A stretch of 64,000 nucleotides of DNA from Negaprion brevirostris (Eukaryota), in assembly GCA_030324005.1 (NCBI GenBank), contig JARDVH010000110.1, positions 23,772,364 to 23,836,363 of the forward strand, read 5' to 3'. How positions within the stretch are numbered: the first letter of the stretch is position 1; the number at the start of each line of letters is the position of its first letter. The notes below the pieces were generated by a model. The model had not been told where the DNA came from, made no database searches, and was given only the letters and a program-made list of their open reading frames with translations. The position numbers and the translations under genes are program-made. Positions 12,945 through 24,960 of this stretch are shown here, one piece after another.

Positions 12945-13259
12945 CCGATCGGGTGATTAGCACTGCTGCCTCACAGAGCCAGGGACCTGGGTTCAATTCC
13001 AGCCGTCAGTCACTATCAATGAGGAGTTTGCACATTCTCCCTGTATCCGTGTGGGTTTCCTCGGGGTGCTTCAGTTTCCTCCCACAGTCCAAAGATGTGC
13101 GGGTTAGTCAGATTGGCCGTGCTAAATTATTCCTTAGTATCAGAGGGATTAGTAGGGTATATACAGGATTATAGTGAGAGGGCCTGGTTGGGATCGTTGT
13201 TGGTGCAGGCTCGATAGGCTGAATGGCCTCCTGCACTGTAGGGATTCTGTGATTCTATG
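12945..13259 (+). mobile_element. HE1-type V-SINE, full length with CR1-like tail
   Basis: ttagcactgctgcctcacagagccagggacctgggttcaattcc...gtgggtttcctcggggtgct...ggctgaatggcctcctgcactgtagggattctgtgattctatg. Confidence 0.92.
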
Positions 13260-13308
13260 GCTGNNNNNNNNTTTAATCTTCTGTACCACCCTACCATGAG
13301 GGACTTTG

Positions 13309-13511
13309 TGCAGTCACACAGGCTGTACACTCATGCAGGATGCACAATCGCACAGACTGCACGGTCACATAGTCTGCACAGTCGCACAGGCTGCGCAGTC
13401 ACACAGGTTGCACAGTCGCACAGGCTGCGCAGTCATACAGGTTGCACAGTCGCACAGGCTGCGCAGTCACACAGGTTGCACAGTAGCACAGGCTGCGCAG
13501 TCGCACGGGCT
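13309..13511. repeat. 17-bp minisatellite (about 12 units) with a 34-bp higher-order dimer
   Basis: gcacagtcgcacaggct alternates with gcgcagtcacacaggtt. Units are more degenerate at the 5' end. Confidence 0.9.
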
Positions 13512-13624
13512 CATGAAAATCTTACATTTGATTTTTTGCAAATGAATTTTAGTGAAAACCAGAGCAATTTCAAGCGCGTTTTCAGCGTAGTGTTTCTATT
13601 CTATATTAAGCACAGTCACTGAAT

Positions 13625-14200
13625 TGCCAGATTATGATGCCATCGAAGGAGGCCATTTGGCTCATTGTGTCCGTGCCGCCTCTCCAAATGAGCACATGAT
13701 TTAGTGGCCGTTCCTCTGCCTTTTCCCTGTACTCCTACACATGATTATTTGAGTAAAAACAATCTAATGCCCTCTTGAGTGCCTTGATGATTCACTGCCT
13801 TCGCCACACATCCAAGCAGCAAATCATTCTTACCCCTCCTCTCTCAGGGGCACCAAATTTTGCTGAGGTCCAGGCATCAGCCACCAAGACCTGACTTATG
13901 GGTCATTTTTGAGTCTAGTCTCAAGCTGGTGTCCATACCTCTGTCTGTCATTCCCAGCAGGGGCACAAAAGTAACAATCAGGAGGGAGAAAGCTGTCCCC
14001 AGTTTGTCCCCAGTTCAGTCTATTTGTGCCAATCCCATTGATGTCTCACAAGAAGGCAACACAAGAAGTAGAAGCAGAAGTAGGCCACCAAGCCCCTCAA
14101 GCCTGAACCACCATTCAATACAATTGTGGCTGATCTACACCGGCCTCAACTTTTTTTCTCTGCCATTTCCCCTATTCCTCAATCTATCAAATACTTATTC
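13625..14200 (-). mobile_element. Two CR1 3'-UTR fragments
   Basis: gaaggaggccatttggctcattgtgtccgtgcc (about 13645) and agcagaagtaggccacc..agcccctcaagcctg (about 14075) are reverse-complemented CR1 tails. Confidence 0.6.
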
Positions 14201-14264
14201 ACCTCCATCCCCACCTCCTCCCGACTGCAGGTCAATAACCCAGAGGTAGACAACAGACACAAAT

Positions 14265-14512
14265 TAAAAACAAAATACTACAGGCGTGGAAATCTAAAAT
14301 GAAAACAGCAAGTGGAGGAAATACTCAGCAGACCTGCCAACGTCTGTGGGGAATGAAACAGAGTTGAAGTCAGATATGACTCTTCTTCAGAATTGAGAAG
14401 AAGAGGAGCTTCTGAAGAAGAGTCATCCAGACTCAAAACATTAACTCTGTTGCTCTCTCCCAGATGCCATCGGACCTGCTGAGCATTACCAGCATTCTCT
14501 GTTTCTATTTCA
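14265..14512. mobile_element. Penelope-like element termini in inverted orientation, with hammerhead-ribozyme-like cores
   Basis: Arms ...actcagcagacctg...aacagagtt..tgactcttcttcagaa and ttctgaagaagagtca...aactctgtt...ctgctgagc are inverted repeats separated by about 17 bp. CTGAAGA-A-GAGTC-atcca-GACTC-AAAAC lies at 14412-14439. Confidence 0.75.
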
Positions 14513-15119
14513 TACCACAGATGGAACCTGGTCTGATGGTTCATTTAACACAGCAGGCAATGACTGCATTTATTTACTACAATACCAGGAGAGCCCATAC
14601 CGAATAATGATTGTTTCTCAATTTAAATGGCGCTGGGATTGTACCATTTCATTGATGCTGCACTAGCTGGTGTTGCTTTTTATTTCATATAATGTGAGAG
14701 GATTAGGATGTCCTACACATATTATAGCTTTGTAACTGACTGCCACATAACATTTAAATGAATGTCTCAATTGATAAACAAGACTGCAAAATTGCAGACT
14801 GCATTAAGCTTTCATATGCTATTATGCTGCAGCAATGATCTGAGACTTGGCTTTCTCACTGATATCTGGAACCATCATAAATAAGGATAAGCACAAATGG
14901 ATATCTGAGTAAGCTCATTTTTTTTTCTACTTCAACTTGATCCACAGCTACAGATTTTCACTAAGATGGCAGTGTGCTGCACAGTAGAATCTAAATTGCA
15001 GCATTACAACCCTGAAAGAACATCCAGAGATAAATCTGAGTTTATATTAAATCCCGGAAGCAAATTGAGCAATGTAATACCACAGCAATACTAATTACCC
15101 TTATGAACCTGCAGCAAAC

Positions 15120-15432
15120 TATTCCGCTGCAATGAGCGGGTATATGTTAATGGTAAGGGGCAGGAGATTCAGAGGGGATTTGAGAAAGAGCTTTACATCC
15201 AGAGGGTGGTGGGAACCTGGAATGCACAGCCTGGGAATGTAGTGGAGGCCGGAAATATTACAACCTTTAAAAAATATTTGAATGAGCACTTGAAATGTCA
15301 TAACAGTCAAGGATATGGGACACAAATGCAGGGAAATGGGATTAGCCCGGCTTTCATGGTAGTTATTGTCGGACACAGACTCGATGGGATGAAGGACCGT
15401 TCCTGCGTTGTACGACTCTATGACTCTGTGTA
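15120..15432 (+). mobile_element. CR1 LINE 3' end
   Basis: RVVGTWNAQPGNVVEAGNITTFKKYLNEHL; tail gactcgatgggatgaaggaccgttcctgcgttgtacgactctatgactctg. Confidence 0.85.
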
Positions 15433-17028
15433 TGAACCTTCCTGGATTCAACATCAATGTTTAAAACAAAAACATTTTTTTTAAACCCATTGGAATTTTG
15501 TATTATTGAAATCATTATTCACATCAGTCGGCCAAGTCTGATTTTCGCGTTCATAGCGAAGGACAAGAAGCAAAGAATCATAGAATGAAACAGCGCTCGA
15601 GGTCATTCAGTCCATCACACCTGTACAATCCCATTGAAAAGGCTACTCAACTCCCCCCACTCTGTCACACTGCAGTTATTTACCAGTTCAGAAGCAGCGG
15701 TTGCAAAGTACTTTGGGATGTCTTGAAGTTTTGAGAAGAAATGAATGTAAGTCTCTCTTGCTTTCTGAAACGCACTCTTGCCTACAAAGTCCATTCCTCA
15801 CTTACTAACAGTGTTTCAGTCACGGGTTTCAGGGAAGTGCACTACTCGTGAAACCTGGACTATTTATTTTGCCATGGAAACGTATCTTTCTTCATACTTG
15901 TAAAGAAATGGCTTTGAGATTATTGTGGCATCACGCAGTATTAAAAGCTACTTGCAGGCTTGGAGATGTCATCACGGGAAGAAATACAAAGACATGCTCC
16001 ATTTGGAATGAAATATAAAGACAACCACTTGCATTATCTGACAAGAAAATTCTATGTCCTTCCCACAGTCCCTTGCTGCCTCTTTCTATTACATTCTGTA
16101 ACTGACATTTCACACAATACAACTCATTAACCTGCATTCCTCCAGCACATACTTAAACAATGCTGATTACTCGTGCTGCCTCCATACAAAGAATGTCTTC
16201 AGTCCCTCTTTCAGAAACTAAGCAATCCAGGTAAATAAATGCTGCAAGCAGCCTTGTCTTGCAACCTATGCATCCCTCTGGTCTTATCTCTGCTCAGTGA
16301 ACCAGAAAGGCACAGTGCATGCTTGAATTGGAAAGGAAGTGGTTACACAGAGGGAAGTCTTGCTGAAATATGGAGCACTTAAATGCAGATAAAGTTAGCT
16401 ACTACATTTTATTTGGTATACCGTGCGAAAATACTTAAGCAGTGAGTAACACAGCTGACAAACTATTTTATCTACGTTTGAGTGACGCCATATATTAACA
16501 CATCTACCGTCCAGGAAGAAGATAATTTGCATTTACACAGCACGTTATCATATCCTCGGCCCACCCAAAAGCAGTTCAGTCAATGGATTGCTTTATGACA
16601 TGACATATTATTAAACATAACGGCCGGGAGTTTCTGTATAGTCACGGTGTGTAGGCCGCAATTCANNNNNNNNNNNNNNNNNNNNNNNNNNNNNNNNNNN
16701 NNNNNNNNNNNNNNNNNNNNNNNNNNNNNNNNNNNNNNNNNNNNNNNNNNNNNNNNNNNNNNNNNNNNNNNNNNNNNNNNNNNNNNNNNNNNNNNNNNNN
16801 NNNNNNNNNNNNNNNNNNNNNNNNNNNNNNNNNNNNNNNNNNNNNNNNNNNNNNNNNNNNNNNNNNNNNNNNNNNNNNNNNNNNNNNNNNNNNNNNNNNN
16901 NNNNNNNNNNNNNNNNNNNNNNNNNNNNNNNNNNNNNNNNNNNNNNNNNNNNNNNNNNNNNNNNNNNNNNNNNNNNNNNNNNNNNNNNNNNNNNNNNNNN
17001 NNNNNNNNCGGAGCACCCGGAGGAAACC

Positions 17029-17148
17029 CACGCAGACACGGGGAGAATGTGAAAACTCCACACAGACAGTGACCCAAGCCGGGAAGTGAGCCCGGGTTGC
17101 TGACACTGTGAGGCAGCAGGGCTAACCACTGTGCCACTGTACTGCCCC
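17029..17148 (-). mobile_element. V-SINE 5' portion (remainder in gap)
   Basis: Minus strand gggcagtacagtggcacagtggttagccctgctgcctcacagtgtcag...gggtttcctccgggtgctccg. Confidence 0.9.
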
Positions 17149-17220
17149 AAGCATCCACTAACAAGTGAGTGCAGCTTAAAAGTGCTCCCTGCACCCTGTG
17201 CAGTCACATAGCCAAGGAAG

Positions 17221-19035
17221 ATGGCAGGAAGGAGGCCAGCCTTGATATGGATACGGACCGCATTTTGGATGCTATTGAGATGAGATGGGTCACTTTGTTC
17301 CCCAGGGTTAGGAGGAGAATTCCTATAAATGTAGTAGCAGAAGCCAGGGAAGGTGGTGCCTGAGGCTTTCAGCAGCAACAGCCTGGCTTGGAGGACCGCT
17401 GCTCAGTGCAGAAAAAAAGTTAACAATCTCCTTAGCGCTGCAAGAGCAAGTACCCGCTTGTTTACCCCAGCCATAATTGCTGACTGCACTTGCAGCCATT
17501 AGCACTTAACAATTAACAGTTCCAGTCTTCAACCACCTGGTCTAACAGCATCTCCCTCAGAACCCCTGGATTCCCCCCACACAATGTTATTCCCACACTG
17601 ATCTCAACCACCTCTCCCAGCACTGATCTCCAATATTCTACCATCCCACTGACTGATCCCCATCATTAATATCACCACCACCACCCCTCCCCTCCCTGTC
17701 AACACCCACCATGATCTTTCACAGGCTTGCCCCAAATCCCACTGATGTTAAGCCCCCAAACTCGCCTGAACAACCTCTCAAAATCTTTTACAGCTGCCCA
17801 TAGGATAAGACTGCACATCACAGGAGGTAAAGGGGGAAGACAGGCATGGACGTAGCAGGACTGAGGATCCTTGCCCCCTTTAAAGAAAGGGTCCTGGAAA
17901 TCAAAGGGGAGCCTGGAATGTGCGAGATTGGGATGCCCCAATCAAGTGAGGGTCCAAAGAACGTTTATCCGGATGACATACCTTAAGTGAGTCTAACATT
18001 CTCCACACCATTGAGATTCACAAAAGCAAACCCATGTCCTCTGTCTTCCAGGATCACCATCCGATGAGGCAGGGCCACCTGGTATTGCACCCCCTCATGT
18101 ATCTCCTCGGAGCGCCTTGGACCACAGCTCCGGGGATGACACTGAATTCTCGGCACTGCCTTCACCTGAACCATCCACCAGCACAGATATACTTACCTTG
18201 GTGGATCAAGCTTGTGGAGCACCTCCTGGTGAGCACGAGACTGCTGTTGCTGCACGTTGGGTGAATGTAGGAACTTCCAGGCAAGCCGATGGTCAGAGGA
18301 CTGCTTGCTCCCAGGAACCAGCTGTCCCAAAGGAAGATGCCAATCCTCTGGGAAAGCTCATCCCAGCACAGCTACAGATGGTGAAGCAAAGCCATGCTTA
18401 TCAGGAGGTGTCTGGAACCTTCCTGCAACTACAAGGCTATGTGGAGTAGTCAACCAGGCTTCAGTCACATGCAGGTCAATACTGCAAGGATGGTGCATGC
18501 AGTGGACAGTCTGGTGCAAGAGGTCTGAACAATGACCGACAACATGCAAGGCCTAGCTCACTCTGTACTGTCCATTGCTGAGGGCCAAGACTGAATGTTC
18601 ATCATTCTTACGGGCATGTCAAAGGCCCAGTTGGACACTGCAGCAATGCTCAGGAGTTCGGCCTAGTCACACAAACCATGGCTGAGGTCATCACCTGCAT
18701 TGCTCAGACTATGGAGGACACCAGAACTTGCCTCATCAGATGATGTTGAGGCATCTGGATTTCACTCCAGCCACTCCTCCATCTCATGAAGTGACCCAGA
18801 AACCAAGGAGGGAAGGAGGAAGCACTGGAGCACAACCAGGGACTTTTCACTAGGCATTCTCCAGCACTTCTGAGTCTATCCCCGACCTGCACCCCCCACC
18901 CATCCGTCCTGACACCAGCAGATCTACTGGGATTAGGGAGGTACAGAATGACACAGCATCACCAGTGACACCTGAAAGTTGGCCAGGAACACCCAGGTCC
19001 AAACCCTCAAGAGGTCACCCACTAAGGGTATAAGG
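17221..19035 (+). pseudogene. PIF/Harbinger Myb/SANT-like DNA-binding gene relic, 3 exons
   Basis: Exon 1 (17221-17445): ..DRILDAIEMRWVTLFP...SNSLAWRTAAQCRKKVNNLLSAAR|gcaagt. Exon 2 (17804-17945): tag|DKTAHHRR*RGKTG...LRILAPFKERVLEI...|gtgag. Exon 3 starts at 18052 (ctgtcttccag|) and is low-complexity. Stops and frameshifts are present. Confidence 0.75.
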
Positions 19036-19119
19036 GAGAAAGGGAGAAACAATAAGAAATGTAATCCATCTTTCCACTCTAAAGTCCTCCCTTGTCCCTA
19101 CGTGTTGCAATGACTGGAG

Positions 19120-19480
19120 GATGACCAACCCTCAACATTCCCCCCTCTGCACAGCAAGGCATTGCAGCAACTGCTGCCCACACCATCCAGCATGCACAGT
19201 GAGGCCTTTGCCTCTTGTGCTCTCTTCTAGCCTCATAGCCTCTTATCCACATCATCCCTCCCTTTGCAGCACCGTTGGAATACCTTTGGATGTGCTGAAA
19301 GAGGTAAAGACTGAAGGTTCCCTTCAGTATGAGATGTGAATCCCTGGGGAAGCTGTGCTGCACTGAATGACGCAGTCACTGGTTTGAACATAAGTTTTAA
19401 TCAGGATCTTTGGTGAGACCAGCTATTTCCGAGAATGTTAATGTCACCCAGTGGGATAAGGATGAGACATGAGGGAGCAG
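19120..19480 (-). pseudogene. Harbinger DDE transposase relic, convergent with the Myb gene
   Basis: Minus-strand remnants resembling ..LRI..CA.FPG..H..IL and the C-terminal CC...LAVQRGNVE (consensus-like CC.LHNLA..RG). Very decayed. Confidence 0.45.
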
Positions 19481-20634
19481 CTGGTATGCAGGGGCAACAA
19501 GCATTATCCTTCATGGAGCTTCCCCTGTGTGTCTCAAAGATGAGACTGTTTCTGTGATATGAGTTACCTGGCAACACTTCATTCAATTGCTACTGGGCCA
19601 CCTGACCTTTGCGTTCTCTCACCAATCTGATTCTATTCCCTTATCTAGTATGCGACTGAATGAAGGAAGTTTGATGAGATATGCCAATGTCCAGCGCTCA
19701 TGTTTGAAGGGAGAGATCCTGGGTCAGTGACACTTGGTATGTNNNNNNNNNNNGGGGAGTTAGAACAGGGTGGCCTGGGTTGGAGGCTGCATGAGGCCAG
19801 GACCTTGCCAGACTGTGAGTGGTTAACAGGTATAGGTATGAAGGGGTCCACATGTCCTTAGTGCAAGGTTTCCAGGGAGCCATAAGGTCAGAGCTGAGAT
19901 CAGACACAAAGAGGAAACAATACTTTTAACATTCAAATACCTCAAACTGACATGGATGAAGTAGCTGCAATGTTACAAAGTGGTCAGGCTTCCCAACAAA
20001 CCGCCCCTCCCCCATCCCCCCCAACCAACCCAGGTCACCCCATTCCCTCCAACTAAAACCCCATTGCCACGGATATGCCGCTCAAGCAAGACATTTTCTT
20101 TGAAATTATCATTTACCTCCTAGCTCTCCTCCTGGCCTTGCCGCCAGGTCCCCACTTTTCAAGAGTAAAGTCAAATGATTGCCAGCAGAGCGGCTGGCTG
20201 CTGCATCTGGGATCAATCTCGCTCATGGGATTTAAATTCTGGATAATTTTCAGGTTCCCACCCGCTGTGGGCAGAACCCAATCGGGGTCAGCAGGCAGCT
20301 CGGGTGAATTCCAATAGCTGTCAGGGATCCTGCTTTTTGGCCAGTGGCTCATTCTTGCGGGGCATTGGGATTCCTGTCAGCCCCTATCCTCCCATAGTTT
20401 CTGTGTATAAAAGGACCCAGAATTATCTGCTTTCTGCAATCCTTTAAAATACTGTCCAATTGTACTGTTATGTGACAGATTTTCTATCTGGAGATATGAA
20501 AATGAATTTAAGCAGAAACACAAGAGAATAAAAAAAACATTCAAATGGTGCCACTTTTCCTAAAGCAAAATCTTTTAATTCAACAGGATAATTTGCACAC
20601 AGCTGACAAATCTGCACACAAACTACGAATGAAT

Positions 20635-21080
20635 GAACATAGACACAAAGTGGGCCATTCAGCCCCTTCAATCTGTTCCACCATTCAATGAGATTATGAC
20701 AGATCTAAGATGAACTTCCATTTTACTGCTTAATATCTTTGGTTATCTAATCTCTTCAAATGAACAATTTAACTAGCATCAATGTTTGTGCAACAGTGTT
20801 CCAAACTTCTACCACCATTTGTGTGAAGAACTGTTTCCTTTTTTCCTTCCTGAAAGGATTGGCTTTAATAATTACACCATACCTCCTACTCTTAGACTCA
20901 ATAACCATTCACTATCTACCCTTTGTTTCCCTTAATATCTTAACAGCATCAATCAAATAACCTTCTTTTGTGCCATCTCTTCTTGTCATTTAACCTTGGT
21001 GTTCAGGTATTATTCTGATAAATCTCCACTGCACTCCCTCCAAGGCCAATACCAATATTTCTCCTAAAGATGTAGTTCCC
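20635..21080 (-). mobile_element. Old CR1 3' fragment
   Basis: gggccattcagccccttcaatctgttccaccattcaatgagattatgacagatct...aatctccactgcactccctccaaggcc. Confidence 0.7.
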
Positions 21081-21967
21081 AAACCCTCTGTGAAGCAGGG
21101 AGGGCTACAGAAAGTTCTCAGTTTTTCTTCCGATAGTGCCAACCAAGGTGGTAGGCGAAAACTGAGCTCAGTGTTTCATTGCGTCTCAACCTGCAAAGTA
21201 ACATTCTCTTAGTACTGCCAAGATACAAAAAAATGAATCAGTTGGCCGATCCACCTAATCTCAACTATGATGTGCTCTGCATCATAAAACAAAATTCCCC
21301 ACCTACTTGGATCCATGTGATATAAAATCTACTTGGAGACTGATGTCAGGAAGGTGGGGAGAGGCAGTGGGGTGGGGACAACAGAGACTGGAGAAAAACT
21401 GGAATATTCCTTTCCAGCCCTTTTCGATCATTGAAATTGGTGTATGGGAGCACAAGGGCCGAGGAGTAATGGGAGACAGACAATAAGGTGGAAACAGACA
21501 CCAAAGTCTTGCTACCATTTACACTGGTGGTCTTGTCAATGGCGCATCACCGCCGCGGTTTTCCCAGCATTGCAGGGTTGAATTCAAAGGGAAACCTCGT
21601 GGACAATGGCAAAACCGTGAGATCACATCATGGATGAGGAGGTGAAGCCTGTCCAGATGCTGGGAAGCACCAAAAGCCTGAGGCAAAAACAGGCATGGAA
21701 GTAAACATCATTAAATAAATTCAGGCATAAAGGAAGAGAATTGGGCTAAAGAAGTAACATTCACAGCAACTCATATTTATAAGGCACTATAGTAAAACTC
21801 CCAAGGCACTTCACAGAGACATTATCAAACAGAATTTGACAGCGAGCAAAATATGGAGAAATTAGAACAGATGGCCCAAAGCTTGATCAAAGATTTAGGT
21901 TCCAAGGGATATTTTCAATGGAAGGGAACATTCCTGAATACAAGATCCCGACAGTTGAAGGTATACA

Positions 21968-23676
21968 CCTGGATTTGCACTGGGTCAAAGTGACTTGGAA
22001 GCTTTTTAAAAATGGCAGGTGATCCCGATTATGGGANNNNNNNNNNNNNNNNNNNNNNNNNNNNNNNNNNNNNNNNNNNNNNNNNNNNNNNNNNNNNNNN
22101 NNNNNNNNNNNNNNNNNNNNNNNNNNNNNNNNNNNNNNNNNNNNNNNNNNNNNNNNNNNNNNNNNNNNNNNNNNNNNNNNNNNNNNNNNNNNNNNNNNNN
22201 NNNNNNNNNNNNNNNNNNNNNNNNNNNNNNNNNNNNNNNNNNNNNNNNNNNNNNNNNNNNNNNNNNNNNNNNNNNNNNNNNNNNNNNNNNNNNNNNNNNN
22301 NNNNNNNNNNNNNNNNNNNNNNNNNNNNNNNNNNNNNNNNNNNNNNNNNNNNNNNNNNNNNNATACAGACAACATGAGTAGGGAGAGCATCAAGCACAGT
22401 TTAAAGAGATGTGTATTGTTTCCAGTCAGGACAGTTCGTGAGAGTTCGCAAGTCCAGGCAAGTCGTGGCGATTACAGATAGTGTGACATAACTACAGATT
22501 TGATGGAGTCAGGCCAGGCATTTAAAGAATCATGGTTCCTGAACTCCCAGAGAAGTTGTAAACTGCTATATATTTAAAAGTGTTGGAAGTTGCTTTAAGA
22601 GCTGATCTCAACATTTGATAGTGATGTCATTAGGGTGTTGCAGTCCGCTGTTTTACTTTCAGTTTGTACTTTGTGCAGCGCAGAGAACATCACTTTCAGT
22701 AAAAACCTGTTGACTCTGCGTGTGTAAACCACATACTTTTCTTTTTGTTTAAAACTCATCGGCTCTAATACCGTTCTAATATTAAATGAACTCTTGGTTG
22801 TTTCCAAGCAAGTAGTTTGGCCAAGGATCCAGACGACCATTAGAGTGCTAACATGCCAATGCTCCGGCAAAAATATCATTTGATTGACAGCTCAGGCTCA
22901 CTGATCTTTGCAGTAGATTTCACAATGTTTGCTGAGACAAGTTAAGTGTTTTGTGATTTTTGTTGCTGTTATTTTAAGTGGTGTGTATGATTGACANNNN
23001 NNNNNNNNNNNNNNNNNNNNNNNNNNNNNNNNNNNNNNNNNNNNNNNNNNNNNNNNNNNNNNNNNNNNNNNNNNNNNNNNNNNNNNNNNNNNNNNNCTGT
23101 TATTTTAAGTGGTCTGTATGATTGACACTTTTATTAGCTGGAAGTGAAATGACATTAACCACTAAACACTATAGCATTGATTGTTTCTAGATGGCGCATA
23201 GTGAGTCATAGTAGATCAGTTGGCATAGAGGGCATGATGAGCCAAAATGGTGAGTGGAAAGATAGAGCTTGGCATAGAGGGCATGAGGGGCTAGGTAGAA
23301 GGGCAGATCTTGTCATAGGGAACATGAAAGATCATTGAGGGTTGGTGGGGGGACTTGATGGGGCATAGGAAGTGTTTGAAGTGTAAGTAGGTTTGAGGGA
23401 TGGGGGTTGGAGGTCCTTTGTGCTTTTATTTTAATTGTGATGAAATCCCATGACACTGAGGTGGGTCTTTTAGACAGNNNNNNNNNNCCATCTCTGCACC
23501 TGGCAGTCTCTATGGCCGCCTCCAAACTCCTTTCCTGGTCAACCAGCCCAACTCCAGCCCACACCACCTCCCAGAAATGAAGGTCCTGCCTTTGTGAGCA
23601 TTTTACCATGAGGCAGGCAGGCTAAACCACTAATTTTCACATTTCCCATTGCCTGCCACAAGGGTGAAAATCCATT
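21968..23676. mobile_element. About 1.7-kb non-autonomous DNA transposon inserted in L2
   Basis: Termini tggatttgcac (21970-21980) and gtgaaaatcca (23664-23674, reverse complement tggattttcac) lie at the L2 breakpoints. Confidence 0.55.
22364..22492 (-). mobile_element. Penelope-like element 3' fragment
   Basis: Minus atgtcacactatctgtaa...acaatacacatctctttaaactgtgcttgatgctctccc resembles the region after the GIY-YIG ORF in shark PLEs (recalled, not aligned). Confidence 0.45.
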
Positions 23677-24769
23677 GGTCATAGTTGGTGTGATTATGCA
23701 ATTCAAATTGTTGATACGCAAGAGGCTAAAATTAGAGGAGTGCAGAAATCTTGAAGAGGTATAGAGCTGGAAGAGGCACTAGAGATGGGGAACCACAAGT
23801 CTTGAACAGAATGGTGGGAATTTTAAGCTTGAGGCATTGCCAGACTGAGCATGAATGGATGTCAGTGAACACAGGGATGTATGGGACTCTGTGCAAGATA
23901 GTCGTGTACAGGGTGCAGAGCATTCGATGAGGTGAGGTTACTGAATGTGCAAGGTGGAAAGCCACTGAGAAGAGAATTAGTATAGTCAGACTTAGACGTG
24001 ACAAAGGCATGGATGAGGCATAATATGACACACATAGTGATAAACGTGCAAAAACAAAAATAGAGAGAAACATATTGTGTGAGAGGCATAAATGTACACA
24101 GCAACGATTGAGCAGGGATATTGTAGTACAATATAAAAATGTTGTAGCACAAATATCGGTCTGTTGCACTTTTGAGATTTCACTGCTTCAATTTATGTGG
24201 ATTGGTGGTAGAATTCTTTGGTCTACTAACATTTAAGCTTATGTTCATATTGCTTTGCTTATGTTCATATTGCTTTGGCTGTAACTGTCCCCACCAACTG
24301 CACGTGGGATGCTTATCATTTTCTTGAAGTAGGATTTGCAATTTGCTCTATAAACTAAAGTGTGGGGAAATTGCTTTATACCATTGTGCATTTGCAAATA
24401 AAGGCTTCCATTAAAATTGATAAAAGCAAAAGGGCAAGGTGAGAGCAATTTGGGCTTTTGAAAAAGTGAATGCTTTAGAATTGTACAATGAGGTTACATT
24501 CTCAGTGTTGGAGATAAAAGATACAGTATGCACGCAGACAAAAGTCTGTGGCACTCAGAAATAATGTTAAGCTTTTCAGTTGTTGTTAGACAATAATAGT
24601 GCTCCACACTATTATGGTTAGTACACCCACAGCACGGCACTTTCACTATAGAAACACAAAATCACCTTATTTCGACAAAAACATCATAATGAAGTAACTT
24701 ACTCACTTTTACTTCTTATCTAAAGGTTGCTAAGTACTAACAAAAGATCTATAACTTAAATAGTGACTT

Positions 24770-24960
24770 CCATACCTCTGACATATCCAAAAATAACATT
24801 CTGCAGCCAATCAATTAGTTTGAAAATCAATGTTGTTTCTTGGATAAACATGGCAGTCAACTTGTATACATTAAGGTCCCAACACGGAATACAATAAAAG
24901 ACAAATTAATCAGGTTTAATGGCGCTGCTTGCATGACGAATGTTTGCCAGGGCACATAAA
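24770..24960 (-). mobile_element. Decayed Deu-domain SINE fragment
   Basis: cagccaatcaattagtttgaa...catggcagtcaacttgtatac..aaggtcccaac...tgtttgccagggcac is the reverse complement of a DeuSINE tail and domain. Confidence 0.45.

Larger units (their letters stand above)
21765..24030 (-). mobile_element. L2 LINE 3' fragment split into 21765-21967 and 23680-24030
   Basis: The reverse-complemented L2 tail (caactcatatttataaggcac...cccaaggcacttcacag) continues as ...gcaagaggctaaaattagaggagtgcag. The minus frame includes SRLSLTI...LKLKIPTILFK. Confidence 0.65.

Noticed and set aside
12945-13030. tRNA genes (A/B-box-like heads at many sites)
   Set aside because: All are tRNA-derived SINE heads that continue into SINE bodies, and no complete cloverleaf was seen.
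13309-13511. CRISPR-like array or repetitive protein (AQSHRLHS ORFs)
   Set aside because: The units are contiguous with no unique spacers, and the ORFs are a by-product of the minisatellite.
22965-23127. Duplicated ctgttattttaagtgg...tgattgaca
   Set aside because: It flanks a 100-N gap and is probably the same scaffolding artefact.
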